From contig OZ024740.1 of NCBI GenBank assembly GCA_964016885.1, positions 109,926,001 to 109,990,000 on the forward strand: a stretch of 64,000 nucleotides of DNA, given 5' to 3'. Shown in pieces: positions 11,800 through 24,042 of the stretch (positions are counted from its first letter, which is position 1; each line of letters opens with the position of its first letter). Below the pieces are notes generated by a model, which ran no database searches, was not told the DNA's origin, and saw only the letters and a program-made list of their open reading frames with translations. The stretch comes from Eledone cirrhosa. Its lineage: Eukaryota. Position numbers and translations under genes: made by a program.

Positions 11800-13146
11800 A
11801 CAAATGACTGTACAGTCAAGAGCATAATAGCTAGAATAAGGATAGGATAGAAGTTTAGAGAACTTGTACCTCTGCTGACAACAAAGGGTCTCTCTTTATG
11901 GAGTCAAACATGGGAAGTGAATGCAGAGGAGATGCACAACAAAAAGCACCCAGTCCTCACTGTAAAGTGGTCATGTAGGTGTCGCAACAAAAAGCACCCA
12001 GCCCACACTGTAAAGTGGTCATGTAGATATCACAACAAAAAGCACCCAGCCCACACTGTAAAGTGGTCATGTAGATATCACAACAAAAAGCACCCAGCCC
12101 ACACTGTAAAGTGGTCATGTAGATATCACAACAAAAAGCACCCAGCCCACATTGTAAAGTGATCATGTAGGTGTCACAACAAAAAGCTCCCACCCTACAC
12201 TGTAAAGTGGTCATGTCGGTGTCACAACAAAAAACACCCAGCACACACTGTAAATGTGGTTGGTGTTAGGGAGGGCATCCAGTCCTAGAAACCAAGCCAA
12301 AACCAGTCCTGTATGAGCAAGTCATGGTCATCAGACTTGGCTTGTCTCACAATGAGGCAACTCATCTAACCCATGCTAGCATGGAAAATGGACGTTAAAT
12401 GGTGATAATGATGATGTGCAATGGCAGGAGAGAAATGAAGCAAGCATTCTTCAATGGTTGTTCAATGTTAATGTGCATAAACAACAAAGCACAGATGAAC
12501 TGAGAGAGAAACTGGGTATAAGAGGAATCAGATATAGTGTGCAGGGGAGGAGACTGTCTTGGTATGGACCTGTAATGCAAACAAATTATGATTGCTGGGT
12601 GTTGAGTGCCAAGAAATCCCAGTGGAGTGAAGCTGCTGTAGAGGTAGACCAAAGAAGACCTGGGTAGAGGTGGTGAGAGCTGATTTCAAATTGTTCTGAT
12701 TCACAGAAAAGATGATGAAGGAACATGGCACATGGAGAGATGCTGTGCTAAAGAAGACCCATCCAACCCATAGAACAGTGACTGTAAAATGATGATGAAG
12801 ATGAATGACAGAACACCAGTGAACTGAGAGAAAAGCTGAGTACAAGAGGAATTGAATGTAGTGTGCAAGAGACAATTGCACTGGTATGGGTATGTGATGT
12901 GTAACAAGAGTGAGAGTTGTACATGTGCCAAGTGCTTAAGGTGGATGGAACATGTGGGAGAGAGAGAGAGAGACCAAGGAAGATGTAGGATGGCGGTGTG
13001 AAGAATGACTTCAAGAAACTGAACCTCACGATGGCGATGTCCCAGGACAGAACTGGCTGCTGATTTGTCATAATAGAAAAGAGCTATCCACCAGTACAAG
13101 CACTGTCTGTGACAACCTCTCTAGTGATGGTGTAAAATGATCATGA

Positions 13147-13150
<4 letters not shown>
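11800..13150 (+). mobile_element. Cluster of old RTE 3' fragments, including a 48-bp tandem array (11935-12255)
   Basis: RTE C-terminal remnants (ERNEAS, LREKLGIRGIR). Unit CACAACAAAAAGCACCCAGCCCACACTGTAAAGTGGTCATGTAGATAT occurs ~6.5 times. (GAT)n tails. Confidence 0.75.
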
Positions 13151-13193
<43 letters not shown>

Positions 13194-14349
13194 GTGCACA
13201 CACACACACACATACACACACACATATATATATATATATGCATTTATATATAAATGGTGTGCATAACATTAATTTCATATGCATAATGGAAGCCGTCATT
13301 ACTGATTACTGAAATATCCAAAATATATAACAGATACAATAATCAAGAGCTGTGTTAAACCATAATGAATCTATAATTAAGTTGGTTAATTAGACTGATA
13401 ATATTGAGAAATTGCTGCATGATGTAGCTGCAAGGACACTGCTACAGTGCTGTACAGTGAACAGAAGTGAGAATTCCAATAGTTGGCTGGCAGCATTTTA
13501 GAAACGGTAGGCATTATGAGGATCGAAAATAAGCTGAAAGTAACCATTGCAACTAAAAACATTTCAGAATACATAACCTTATTAAAAGCTTTTAAACAAA
13601 AGCAGTATTTTCCTTAAAAAAAGAAAAATGTTGACATTTCAAAGACTTTTATTTGTAGTCATATGTGTGTGTAGATATATATATAGAGAGAGTGATTCCT
13701 GGACTCATTGATGCATAGTGTCCTTGAGCAAGATACTTTATTTCATATTACTTCGGTTTATTCAGCTGTAGAAATGTGGGTGGCAAGCTATATCGGCCTT
13801 TGCTTTTTCCTTGGACAACATTGGTGGTGTTGAGAGGGAAGACTAATATGCATGGGCAACTGTTGGTCTTCCACAACAAAATACCTTGCCCAGACATGTG
13901 TTTTGGAGAAGGAACTTTCTAGGTGTACAATCCCATGATTATTTGTGACCGAAGTGTCAAAGATGATGATATATATCCAAAGGCTTTTTGCACACAAGCC
14001 AAAACTGCTAGACATCGCGTCTGGGTTTATACCCACTCTGCTCCTTTGCATGCATAGATTACTACCTTGATTTGAGGTCTTCCCAGTCTCAGTAATGTAG
14101 ACTTTTAATATACATATATAATCATCATTTAGTGTATGTTTTTCTGTGCTGCAATGGGTGGGAGACGTCCCAAATTTCATCAGCATTTAATTAGATCAAC
14201 TGACCTCTGCAATTGGCTGGGGCCACATCTCACTTAGATACATTCCAGCTTTGGTATAGTTTCTAGAGTTGGATGTCGTCCTAACACCGACCACTTTTTT
14301 CAGAGAGTACTGACTGCAACACACACACACACACATATCATTTCAGCAT

Positions 14350-14550
14350 CATCATTTCATTTTATGTCCGCTTTTCCCTGCTTGCAAGGGTGGTACGGGA
14401 ACTGATTCTGGCTTGATTTCTACAGCTGGATGCCCTTCCTAGCACCAACCTCATTTACAGTGAGTGCTGGGTGCTTTTTTGCGGTGGCACCTCCACGACC
14501 ACTTTGCAATGGAATGATATGGACCCCAGTCCCTATTATCCCAGCTGAGT
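14350..14550 (-). mobile_element. 3' half of the CORE-like/RTE-tail SINE
   Basis: Reverse complement of 14985-15190. Confidence 0.75.
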
Positions 14551-14554
14551 AAAC

Positions 14555-14845
14555 TGCCCCATCCACACCACCCCTTTCGATGTAAAGTTATGTTGGTACC
14601 ACAACATCCAGTCCGAAATAAATGAGGTCGTGTAGGTGTCACGACAAAAAAACACAGTCCACGCTGTAATGTGGCCGTGTAGGTAACACGGTAAATGTGG
14701 TTGGTGTTAGGAAGGGCATCCAGCCGTAGAAAACCCGCCAGACAGTCCTATACGAGCAAGACAACCAATCTTGCCTCAAGTGGGAAAATTCCCGTCCAAA
14801 CCCATACAAGCGTGGAAGATGTACGTTAAACGATGATGATGATGA
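14555..14845 (+). mobile_element. RTE subfamily A 3' UTR fragment
   Basis: Matches 1580-2236 with internal deletions. (GAT)n tail. Confidence 0.8.
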
Positions 14846-14857
14846 TATATATATACA

Positions 14858-15190
14858 TGGAGGCACATGGCTTAGTGGTTAGAGCATTGGCCTTGCAATC
14901 GAAAGGTTGTGAGTTCAATTCTCAGACTGGGTGATGTGTTGTTTCTTTGAGCAAGACACTTTATTTCACATTGCTCCAGTTTCCTCAGCTGTAGAAATGA
15001 GATGATAGGGACTGGGGTCCCTATCATTCCACTGCAAAGTGGTCATGGAGGTGCCACGGCAAAAAAGCACCCAGCACTCACTGTAAATGAGGTTGGTGTT
15101 AGGAAGGGCATCCAGCTGTAGAAATCAAGCCAGAATCTGTTCCCGTCCCACCCTTGCAAGCAGGGAAAAGCAGACGTAAAATGAAATGAT
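14858..15190 (+). mobile_element. Full-length tRNA-derived SINE: pol III head + CORE-like block + RTE-derived tail
   Basis: A box TGGCTTAGTGG, B box GTTCAATTC. Tail GGTTGGTGTTAGGAAGGGCATCCAGCTGTAGAAATCAAGCCA is shared with the RTE subfamily B UTR. Confidence 0.85.
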
Positions 15191-15197
15191 ATATATA

Positions 15198-15409
15198 GAG
15201 GTAGAACACTGGAAGGTAATATCCGTAGTGGTAGAGCACTCAGTCCAAGGGACGAGTTAGGTAGAAGTGGTTACACGACAGTTAGTTCACGATACCAAGA
15301 ACAATTGTTTCACCTTAGCAGATCCTCAGCTCGTAAAATTTACGAGTTGAGGATCCGCTAAGGTGAAACAATTGTTCTCGGTATGGTGAACTAACTGTCG
15401 TGTAACCAC

Positions 15410-15414
<5 letters not shown>
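15198..15414. ncRNA. Fold-back mini-element containing a minimal hammerhead ribozyme motif
   Basis: ~76-bp arms at 15262-15337 and 15339-15414. Consensus CGAG-CUGAGGA-UCCGCUAAGGU-GAAA-CAAUUG-UU-CUCG. Flanked by TA tracts. Confidence 0.7.
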
Positions 15415-15469
<55 letters not shown>

Positions 15470-15524
15470 ATGATGATGATAAATATATAATTAAGTAACT
15501 GCTCCCTCAAAATTAGAAACAACA

Positions 15525-15960
15525 GTATCGGTAGAGGGTTGGAAACCATGCTTTGCAGTATAGAGTTATGGCCCTTTATGATCTGAGTTCAAAACCCGTC
15601 AAAGATAAATTTACCTTTCATCTTTATAAGGTCGATAAAATAAAGTACCAGTAACACACTGAGGTCAATTTAATCAACTTTCCCTTTAAATTGGTGGCCT
15701 TGTGCCAAAAGTAAACACAATTATTATTATTATTATTATTATTATCATAGGGCGGTGGATTGGCAGTATTGGTAGAGGGTCGGACGCCATGCTTTGCAGC
15801 AAAGAGTTACGTCCCTTTATGGTCTGAGTTCAAATCCTGCCGAGGTTAACATTGCCTTTCATCCTTACGGGGTCGATAAAATAAAGCACCAGTAATACAC
15901 TGGGATAATTGCTGGCCCTGTGCCAAAAGTAGAAACAATTATTATTATTATTATTATTAT
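15525..15960 (+). mobile_element. Two tandem copies of a second tRNA-derived SINE family with (ATT)n tail
   Basis: Family consensus head GGCGGTGGATTGGCAGTATCGG, B box GTTCAAATCC, central GCCTTTCATCCTTACGGGGTCGATAAAATAAAGTACCAG, end GTGCCAAAAGTAGAAACAATT(ATT)n. Confidence 0.8.
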
Positions 15961-16305
15961 CATATTGTATTTCCTCTTTTCTGGGTTGATGAATAAATTC
16001 AGAGAAGTGTACTGACAGAAATGTTAGAATGTCCGATGACATGCCTTGTGGTATTTGTGCCGACTATATATGTTCTGAGTTCAAATTTTCCTTTTCTCAT
16101 GTCACCAGAAATTGATGACGTGATAGGACTGGGGACACAATCATTAAAACAACCAAGAAACCTTCTATGAAATGTAGCTGCATAGAAGGCTGGTTAAACC
16201 TTCACCGCTGTGAGTCCTAACAGCAACAAATATGTACCTATATATACGTGTGTGCATACATATGCACACATACACACACACCCTATATATATATATATAT
16301 ATATA

Positions 16306-16765
16306 CAATGTCACTGGACCGAGACCTTTGGCGGTACTCAGTAATAGAGAAGACCCGCCTTACCTAAATACAAAGTAAAACCTACTACAGTCAGTAGGCA
16401 TCTCTAACAAAATACACCCCCGTCCCACCACCCCCACCCCATCCACACCGCCCCCCTTCTATGTAAAGTTATGTTGGTGCCACACCATCCAGGCCGAAAC
16501 AAATGAGATCGTGTAGGTGTCACGACAAAAAAACACACAGTCCACGCTGTAATGTGGCCGTGTAGGCAACACGGTAAAAACCTCCCAGACCCACACTGTA
16601 AATGTGGTTGGTGTTAGGAAGGGTATCCAACTGTAGAAAACCTGCCAGACAGTCCTATGCGAGCAAGACAATCACTCTTGCCTCAAGTGGGAAAACCCCC
16701 GTCCAAACCCATGCAAGCGTGGAACACGGACGTTAAACGATGATGATGATGATGATGATGATGAT
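16306..16765 (+). mobile_element. Young 5'-truncated RTE subfamily A copy
   Basis: Near-identical to 1446-2236 but with one UTR repeat unit. Inserted in a TA tract. Confidence 0.9.
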
Positions 16766-17392
16766 ATATATATATATAGTAATAATAATAAATTTTAAGA
16801 CTAATTTTCACCGCTCCTATTAATGACGTATTATCTTCGTTTTTTTCTGTTCTTTGCCAGGGAACGTTTCCACGAACCAAAGTATCGTCTTCCTGTCTTC
16901 CTTCGGTTGAAACGTTTTTTGAAATATTTACTTCTGCGTTCACAGATTGACTTTTTTAGTTTCAGAAGATCCCGTTAAGGGTGAAAGCAGCGATTCTTTG
17001 CTTAAACTTTAATTTGTTATTTTAATAAATATATACATATACATAGATATTTATATAAATATATTAGTTTTGCGAGGTTTTTTATATGAAATCGTGTGTC
17101 GAAACAAATATTGTTATACTTGGGGAGGGTCATATTTGTGTAATATTGCCAGAATTAATGGACCAAAGCTATACGGACCCCCCAAAACAATGATCAGGTA
17201 AGAAAAATGGTCGCACATGCAATAGGGGCTAGTATCAAAACTACCCTAAAGGGCCACATATTTAAGTTCAATGAGTTTTTTATATGAAATCGTGTGTCGA
17301 AACAAATATTGTTATACTTGGGGAGGGTCATATTTGTGTAATATTGCCAGAATTAATGGACCAAAGCTATACGGACCCCCCAGGTAAGAAAA

Positions 17393-18760
17393 ATGGTCGC
17401 ACATGCAATAGGGGCTAGTATCAAAACTACCCTAAAGGGCCACATATTTAAGTTCAATGAGAAAATCTACACCCAAAATGAGGGAGCAGCCATCGGCGTC
17501 AGCATAGCTGGTGATGTTGCCAACCTTTTCATGGTATGGTGGGAAATGAGACTTAAAGATCTCCTTAATGAAAGCTCCATAGACCTCATCATGTACTCTC
17601 ATTATGTAGACGATATCAATATAGTTATAAGAACACCCCCACTAGAGAGCACTAACAAGTTTGATTTAGAACGTAGCACGATGGAAAGCATCCAGCAGAT
17701 AGCTGATTCCATACACCAGAGTATAACTGTAACTATCGACTTCCCTTCCAAACACCCTAACAATAGACTACCTGTATTAGACACAGAACTCTGGATTAAC
17801 ACTATAGACGAGAGAGCCCAAATTCTCCACTCATACTATGCTAAACCCATGGCCTCCAAATACCTGATACTCAAAAACTCAGCCATGTCCAGTAGTGCTA
17901 AGTTTAATATTCTGATCGCAGATTTGGTATGAGTGATGAAGAATGTGTCCCGCATGTGCAACCCAACAGAAATGGAAAGACACATCCAACACTTCATCAA
18001 CCGCATGCAGTTCTCTGGCTACAACCAAAGAGACAGAGTCAGAGTATACGAAGGAGCCATGGAAAAGTATAAGACCCTCATAGAACTGGACATGAAAGGA
18101 ATTTGCCCATTATACAGGAGCAAACCATGGAATAGCTTAGATAGGGCTAGACATAAGATAGGGAAAGCCACATCATGGTACGACAACCAGAGATACCAGA
18201 GTGTCATGTTTGTGGACGCCACCCCTGGAGGGAAATTAGCTAACCAGTGTAGAAAGGCCCTGAGAAAGACCCACTTAAAAATAAAGGTGGTAGAAAAGCC
18301 AGGAACCACCATAAAATCCCTGATCAGCAAAACCTACCCTTTTAAGAAAACCCACTGTACCAATAGGAAATGTATCATATGTAAGGTGAACCCCCGGATA
18401 AACTGTAAAACTAGAAATGTAGTCTATAGCATAAGATGTACAGAGGGTACTTGCAGAAACATGACAACAACATGCATAGGTGAGACAGCTCGTAGCATAG
18501 GTGAAAGGATAGACCAACACTGGGGGGAACTAAAAGGACGAAAAAACGGGTCAGTACTATACGAACATGCTAGACAACAACATGACGGTAACATAGACAA
18601 CATAGAAATTAGAATAATATCTAAACATAGAAATGACCCAGCAGATAGGCAAATCAGAGAGGCCAGTGAAATAGAAATTAGAAGACCAAAGCTAAACAGA
18701 AAGAATGAATGGAATAACAACAACACCCAAACAAACAACACTGACCTAAGAGAAGTATAA
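17393..18760 (+). pseudogene. PLE RT + Cys-rich linker + GIY-YIG endonuclease, one in-frame TGA at 17930-17932
   Basis: YTQNEGAAIG, YVDDI, LPVLD; CTNRKCIIC; NVVY...CIGETAR...ERIDQH; EA.EI...PKLN. Confidence 0.88.
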
Positions 18761-18994
18761 ATAAGTAAATAAAATAAGATAAATAAATACATACACAAGC
18801 ACAATAACAACAAGCACATAAACACACACTAGTCACCCATCACACAGCAAACATAACACTATACACACACGCAAACGCATGCGCAAAGAAGACAAAAAAA
18901 AAAAATAAACAAACAAGCAAATAAATAAATAAATATATAGACAGACTGAATAAAAAATGGCGTAGACATACAACACAACAGGAGGAAAATATAA

Positions 18995-19035
18995 CACCAC
19001 TGACGATGTTGCAGATGTGCAACGAAAGATTTATG
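18995..19035 (+). ncRNA. Hammerhead ribozyme core in the PLE 3' region
   Basis: CTGACGA-T-GTTGCA-GATG-TGCAAC-GAAA at 19000-19027, with a perfect 6-bp stem II. Stems I and III are degenerate. Confidence 0.7.
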
Positions 19036-19179
19036 ATAAACTATATATATGTGTTTGTGTCTATATTGTATCTGTATTATTTTTGACCGTCGGTCAGTCA
19101 ATGGCAACATTGAGGACCGAGTAAGTTAGATTACCGATATAAAAGACAGCGAGAAGCGAAAACCAACCAAACAGTGAGT

Positions 19180-19502
19180 CATCATCATCACCGTTTTACG
19201 TCAGTTCTTCCACGCTAGTATGGGTTAGACGGGTTGTCCTGTTGTGGGCAGTGTCTGGTCGGCTGACCATGCCTTGCTCATACAGGAACTGATCTGGCTT
19301 GATTTCTACAGCTGGATGCCCTTCCTAACACCAACCTCATTTACAGTGAGTGCTGGGTGCTTTTTCGTGGCGCCTACACGTCCACTTTACAGTGTGGGCT
19401 GGGTGCTTTTTTGCCGTGGCACCTCCACGACCACCTTGCGGTAGGGGGAGTGGGGGCATATTGTTTATATGCTTCAGCATGTACCCATGGGAGGTCGGGT
19501 AC
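19180..19502 (-). mobile_element. RTE subfamily B 3' UTR fragment
   Basis: Near-identical to 2807-3122. Confidence 0.9.
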
Positions 19503-19563
19503 CCTGAGTGTGTTCTGTTATTAATTCTGGCAATATTACACAAATATGACCCTCCCCAAGTAT

Positions 19564-19610
<47 letters not shown>

Positions 19611-19733
19611 TATGCATACAAAATCTCTTGCTGGGGAATTCCTATCATTTAAATACCCAGGAAACCTATGAAATGCCACCTCATAGAAGACTGGCTAAAC
19701 TTATGAGAGAGAGAGAAAGAAAGAGACACTTAC

Positions 19734-19890
19734 CGAGCTGTTAGCAGTCCAAAAGCAACAGAAACATCATTGTTTTGTGTGAGTCTTACCACTTGTTCAA
19801 CCTTGTCTAACAGCTGGGGATGACCAGCATAGAGGGCAGCAACAGGTATGATCCTCAGAACACAGTCTATCTGTTCATCAGACTCAGAAC
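19734..19890 (-). CDS. SELENOJ: Internal exon of a selenoprotein J / J1-crystallin-like gene (ADP-ribosylglycohydrolase family)
   Basis: Acceptor ctctctctttcttctAG, donor CG|GTAAGT, 157 nt open. Translates (G)SESDEQIDCVLRIIPVAALYAGHPQLLDKVEQVVRLTQNNDVSVAFGLLTA(R), matching the QID...P.VA.YAG.P..L.KVE...R.TQNND segment I recall from SelJ/J1 proteins. Confidence 0.8.
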
Positions 19891-20265
19891 CTAGAAGAAA
19901 GAGAGAGGGTGTGTGAGTGTCTGTGAGAGATGAGCAAGAGATGAAGTTATAGGGGAGTCATAGCTATACAGAGTGGACATTTAAACTTAGCCGAGTCTGG
20001 TGGCTTGAGTTATATTATTGTGCAATGTAGGCTCAATGTTACACAATACAACTCTTAAGCACAAAATTGCATTGACTAGTGGGTGGTTAAGGAGGAAGGT
20101 AATGTTTTTGTTCATTTGACAAATGTATATCATTCCTTTTGTGTACAACTTTGCTATATATTACTACTGTAATGCTTCACGCTCCTTCTTTGATTGACTA
20201 ACTGTTTATGTACCAGCATAACAACTATCTCTCACACAGGCTTTTTCTAAGCTTCCGCTCATCAT

Positions 20266-20990
20266 TTGTAGATACACTACACTGTCAGTTGTAGATACAC
20301 TACACTGTCAGTTGTAGATACACTACACTGTCAGTTGTAGATATACTACACTGCCAGTTGTAAATGCACTACACTGTCAGTTGTAGATACACTACACTGC
20401 CAGCTGTAGATATACTACACGGCCAGTTGTAAATACACTACACTGCCAGTTGTAGATACACTACACTGTCAGTTGTAGATATACAACACTTCCAGTTGTA
20501 GATATACTACATTGTCAATTGTAGATACATTACACTGTCAATTGTAGATACACTACACTGCCAGTTGTAAATACACTACACTGCCAGTTGTAGATACACT
20601 GCACTGCCAGTTGTAGATACACTACACTGCCAGCCGTAGATACACTACACTGTCAATTGCAGATACATTACACTGCCAGATGTAGATACATTACACTGTC
20701 AGATGTAGAGACACTACACTGTCAGTTGTAGATACAATACACTTCCAGTTGCAGATACAATACACTGGCAGTTGTAGATACAATACACTACCAGTTGTAG
20801 ATACAATACACTGCCAGTTGTAGATACACTACACTGTCATTTGTAGATACACTACTCTGTCAATTATAGATACACTACACTGCAAGTTGTAAAAAGACTA
20901 CACTTTCAATTATAGATACATTACACTGTTAGTTGTTGATACAATATCATTCATAGACACACTGTCAGTTGTAGATACACTACACTGCCA
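20266..20990 (+). repeat. 23-bp minisatellite, ~30 copies
   Basis: Unit TTGTAGATACACTACACTG(T/C)CAG. Confidence 0.95.
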
Positions 20991-22001
20991 TTCAAATGAT
21001 AAATATTGATTTTTCCAAAAAGATGCTATAGCGAAGCTTTATGCAAATAAGGTAACAAAAAAGTCTAATGTTCACATCCTCTTAAGGACATTCAACATGT
21101 CAGGGATATGAAGCTAGACACCTCAACTCAGATAATATAAGACAGGAGGATACATGAGATTTTATGTGTGTATGTATGTGACATTTAAGAATTTTTTTCA
21201 AAGTCATTAAAGACATAAGTGAAACAAAGAGAATTGCAACTGGGAATAGAAGCTGTTCTATACACATGCAGCTCACCAGGGATTTACTCTTGTTCTACAT
21301 TAACAACAACCAAATATGAAAACTGTTCATTTGCAACTGTGTGTCTTTACTGCACAGAGAAATTGGATTGCTTAGGAAATATATTCTGTGGCAATACCAC
21401 AATTATAAATCTATTGATTCAGCTGGTGGTATTATAGTGAAGACAAATATATCAAAATACACAAAACATACAAACATTTCAGACAGAGTGAAATTTTATA
21501 TAATAATAATAATAGTAATAATAATATTTCACATTTAACAGGTTTCTCTTCTTTTACTTATTTTCTTCCTTGTATGTTTGTTTTGTCAATTATCACTAAA
21601 GTGGCTTCTGTTGTGAGTCTGCTCTAGTAATGTCCTGGACTAAATTTGTCCTATATTGCTGGAACTGTCTACTTTGCAGAAATAACCCCCTCTCCACTAC
21701 CCTTCCTCTCGCAAAAAGCAAAATAAAAAAAAAACAAGAGACAAACAAACAAAACAAAGGAATGATGAAAAAAAGTCTAATTATTATAACAATACCTATA
21801 AATTTATAATAAAGATAGAGAGTTAGTAAAATCATTAGAGCCTTATATATTTATTCAATTTAAACGTCCGTAGAGAGCTAGTAAGCCATAACAGACTAGG
21901 GGAAGTTCGAGTACTCCTTACAGTTGGTAATCAAAAAGAGCTAGTGAGACAAGTAATAAAAAAAAAAAATTAATGAAAGAAAAAAAGAAACAATTCAAAT
22001 A

Positions 22002-22190
22002 ATTGTTTCTACTTTTGGCACAAGGCCAGCAATTACCCAGTACATTACTGGTACTTTATTTTATCGACCCCGTAAGGATGAAAGGCAAAGTTAACCTCAG
22101 CGGGATTTGAACTCAGACCATAAAGGGCCGTAACTCTTTGCTGCAAAGCATGGCGTCCGACCCTCTACCGATACTGCCAATCCACCGCAA
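22002..22190 (-). mobile_element. tRNA-derived SINE, (ATT)-tail family
   Basis: Reverse complement of 15750-15940. Further minus-strand copies at ~24582-24720, 26618-26797 and 48550-48657. Confidence 0.8.
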
Positions 22191-24042
22191 GTCAATGGGA
22201 GGCAGATTATGCATAAGAAAACGAAAAAGAAAAGAGGAAACAAGGGAAACGGTAAAACAGCGAGAAATTTCTGTTGTTGAGTGAGAATGCCACGTGATAT
22301 GTTCTGAGTCTGATTTCCATGCTCTCTGTTATAAATCCTTCCAAGAACAACTTCACATTTCATTGTTCTGACAGATAATGAATAAAATACTGGTCAAATA
22401 TTGAGGTTAATTCTCTTTTTCTTTCTCCCTCTCTCTCGTGGCCTAGTATGTTGGACTTCCAAACATAAGACTTTTGGTTCAATTCCTGGATTGGGCAGTA
22501 CAATGTGTTCTTGAACAAGATGCTTCAATTTACATTTCTTTATACAACTGACATCCTCCACATGTATCACAAGCGTTTACCAAAGTAGTCTTCACTCTTG
22601 CAAACTACATTTGATTTTTCTTATATACAGTTTTTCTCCCATCATGGGTCTTGTGTTGAGGAACAATGGAAGTATATAGGTAAGAGGTGTGATAAAATAC
22701 ATGCGGAAGGAAGTAGAGGAAAAGGAAGGAAAAGACTAAAAAAGACATGTTTAACGATGGCGGAGAAAATAAAAGCCAAAGGTTTGGTGAGTGGTGGATG
22801 CAGTCGATAGGGAAAAAAAATGAAGCTTGTCATAGGGTCTTGAAGGATGACTTTTGCTTTAGCACAGAGAATGATTTCAAAATGCTTGTCATTGTTGTTG
22901 CTGCACAGTTTTTTCTCGAAGTTCATTTCTGTTCGATTATTCATACACACATTACACATCTAATTAATGTATAATTATAATTGTTAGTAAAATCAGAGAA
23001 GACAGCAGAAGGAGATATGAATAGGAGATAACATAAGACCAATTTCTGTAGCAACGGTCATGTTGCTTGATAAACATAAGAAAGGAGTGGTGGGTGGAAA
23101 TAATTTTAGAGTAGAATCTTTTATGAAAGCCAGAACTCAGTTGCAGACATATTCCTTGTAATGCATGGTACCTTAAACAGATAATTAAATATTTACTTTC
23201 ACTAACAAACATTGAATTCTGTCAGCTTTTTCAGCAAAAACAGTTTGAAATATGTTGGCTACGACAGAAGACAGTAATTCTCTTTCTTGTATCCATGGGA
23301 ACCTAGTGCCATGTATTTAATATTGATTAATGTGATCAGAGCAAAGATAGTGTTGTTCTAAGTTAATTTGATCAGCAACACTAGATGATGGTGGCTCAAT
23401 TGTTAAGAAATTGATGAGGGATCATAAAGTTTAGATAGAAATCTCAGCAATTGCCTGCTAGAAATAGCAGCTAAATCTCCATCAAATCACACATTACTGT
23501 TGTAAGAAGGAAGAACATTCTATTTGCACACAAAACAAATTTATCTGTTGAAATGTAAAGTTGATAAGGACTCAAAGTTTTTTGGGTTTTTGTTTTAGCC
23601 TCTCTGAAACCAACAGTAACATGGTTTGTCAAGGTTTCTATAACTGTATATAAATCATTAGCATTCAAGGTCTGTTTTCTATGCTGGGCTGAGTTGGACA
23701 GGTTGGCAGTCTCAAATCAGATGGGTTGGGGGGGGGGGGGGGGGGGGGGCACGTTTCAGCATACATTTTACAACTGGATACTCTTCGTAATACCAGCTAA
23801 ACATGCATATAGACACACACATATGTATAATAACATAAAAACTATCCTCTAGGCAATTTTCTGTTAGTACAAGTACATGTGTGTGTGGGAGTGTGTGCAC
23901 ATGTGTTTTGTAATGTATGAAAAAGGAAAACTACATTTTAAACATGCACTGACATATTTCTGAACTTGCACCAACATATTTCTGAACTTGCACTGACATA
24001 TTTCGTCTAGGCGTTTATTTAGTTTAATACAGCATTTATTTT

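Larger units (their letters stand above)
17160..19180 (+). mobile_element. Penelope-like element (Neptune-like), 5'-truncated
   Basis: RT and GIY-YIG coding remnants followed by a 3' region containing a hammerhead core. Confidence 0.88.

Noticed and set aside
14858-14930. tRNA genes at SINE heads (also 6192, 15750, 36359, 42674, 50078)
   Set aside because: A and B boxes are present but there is no complete cloverleaf, and each continues into a SINE body.
17930-17932. In-frame TGA in the PLE ORF as selenocysteine
   Set aside because: Context DLV*VM fits an Arg CGA-to-TGA CpG decay. It is a single TGA at a non-Cys position with no SECIS evident.
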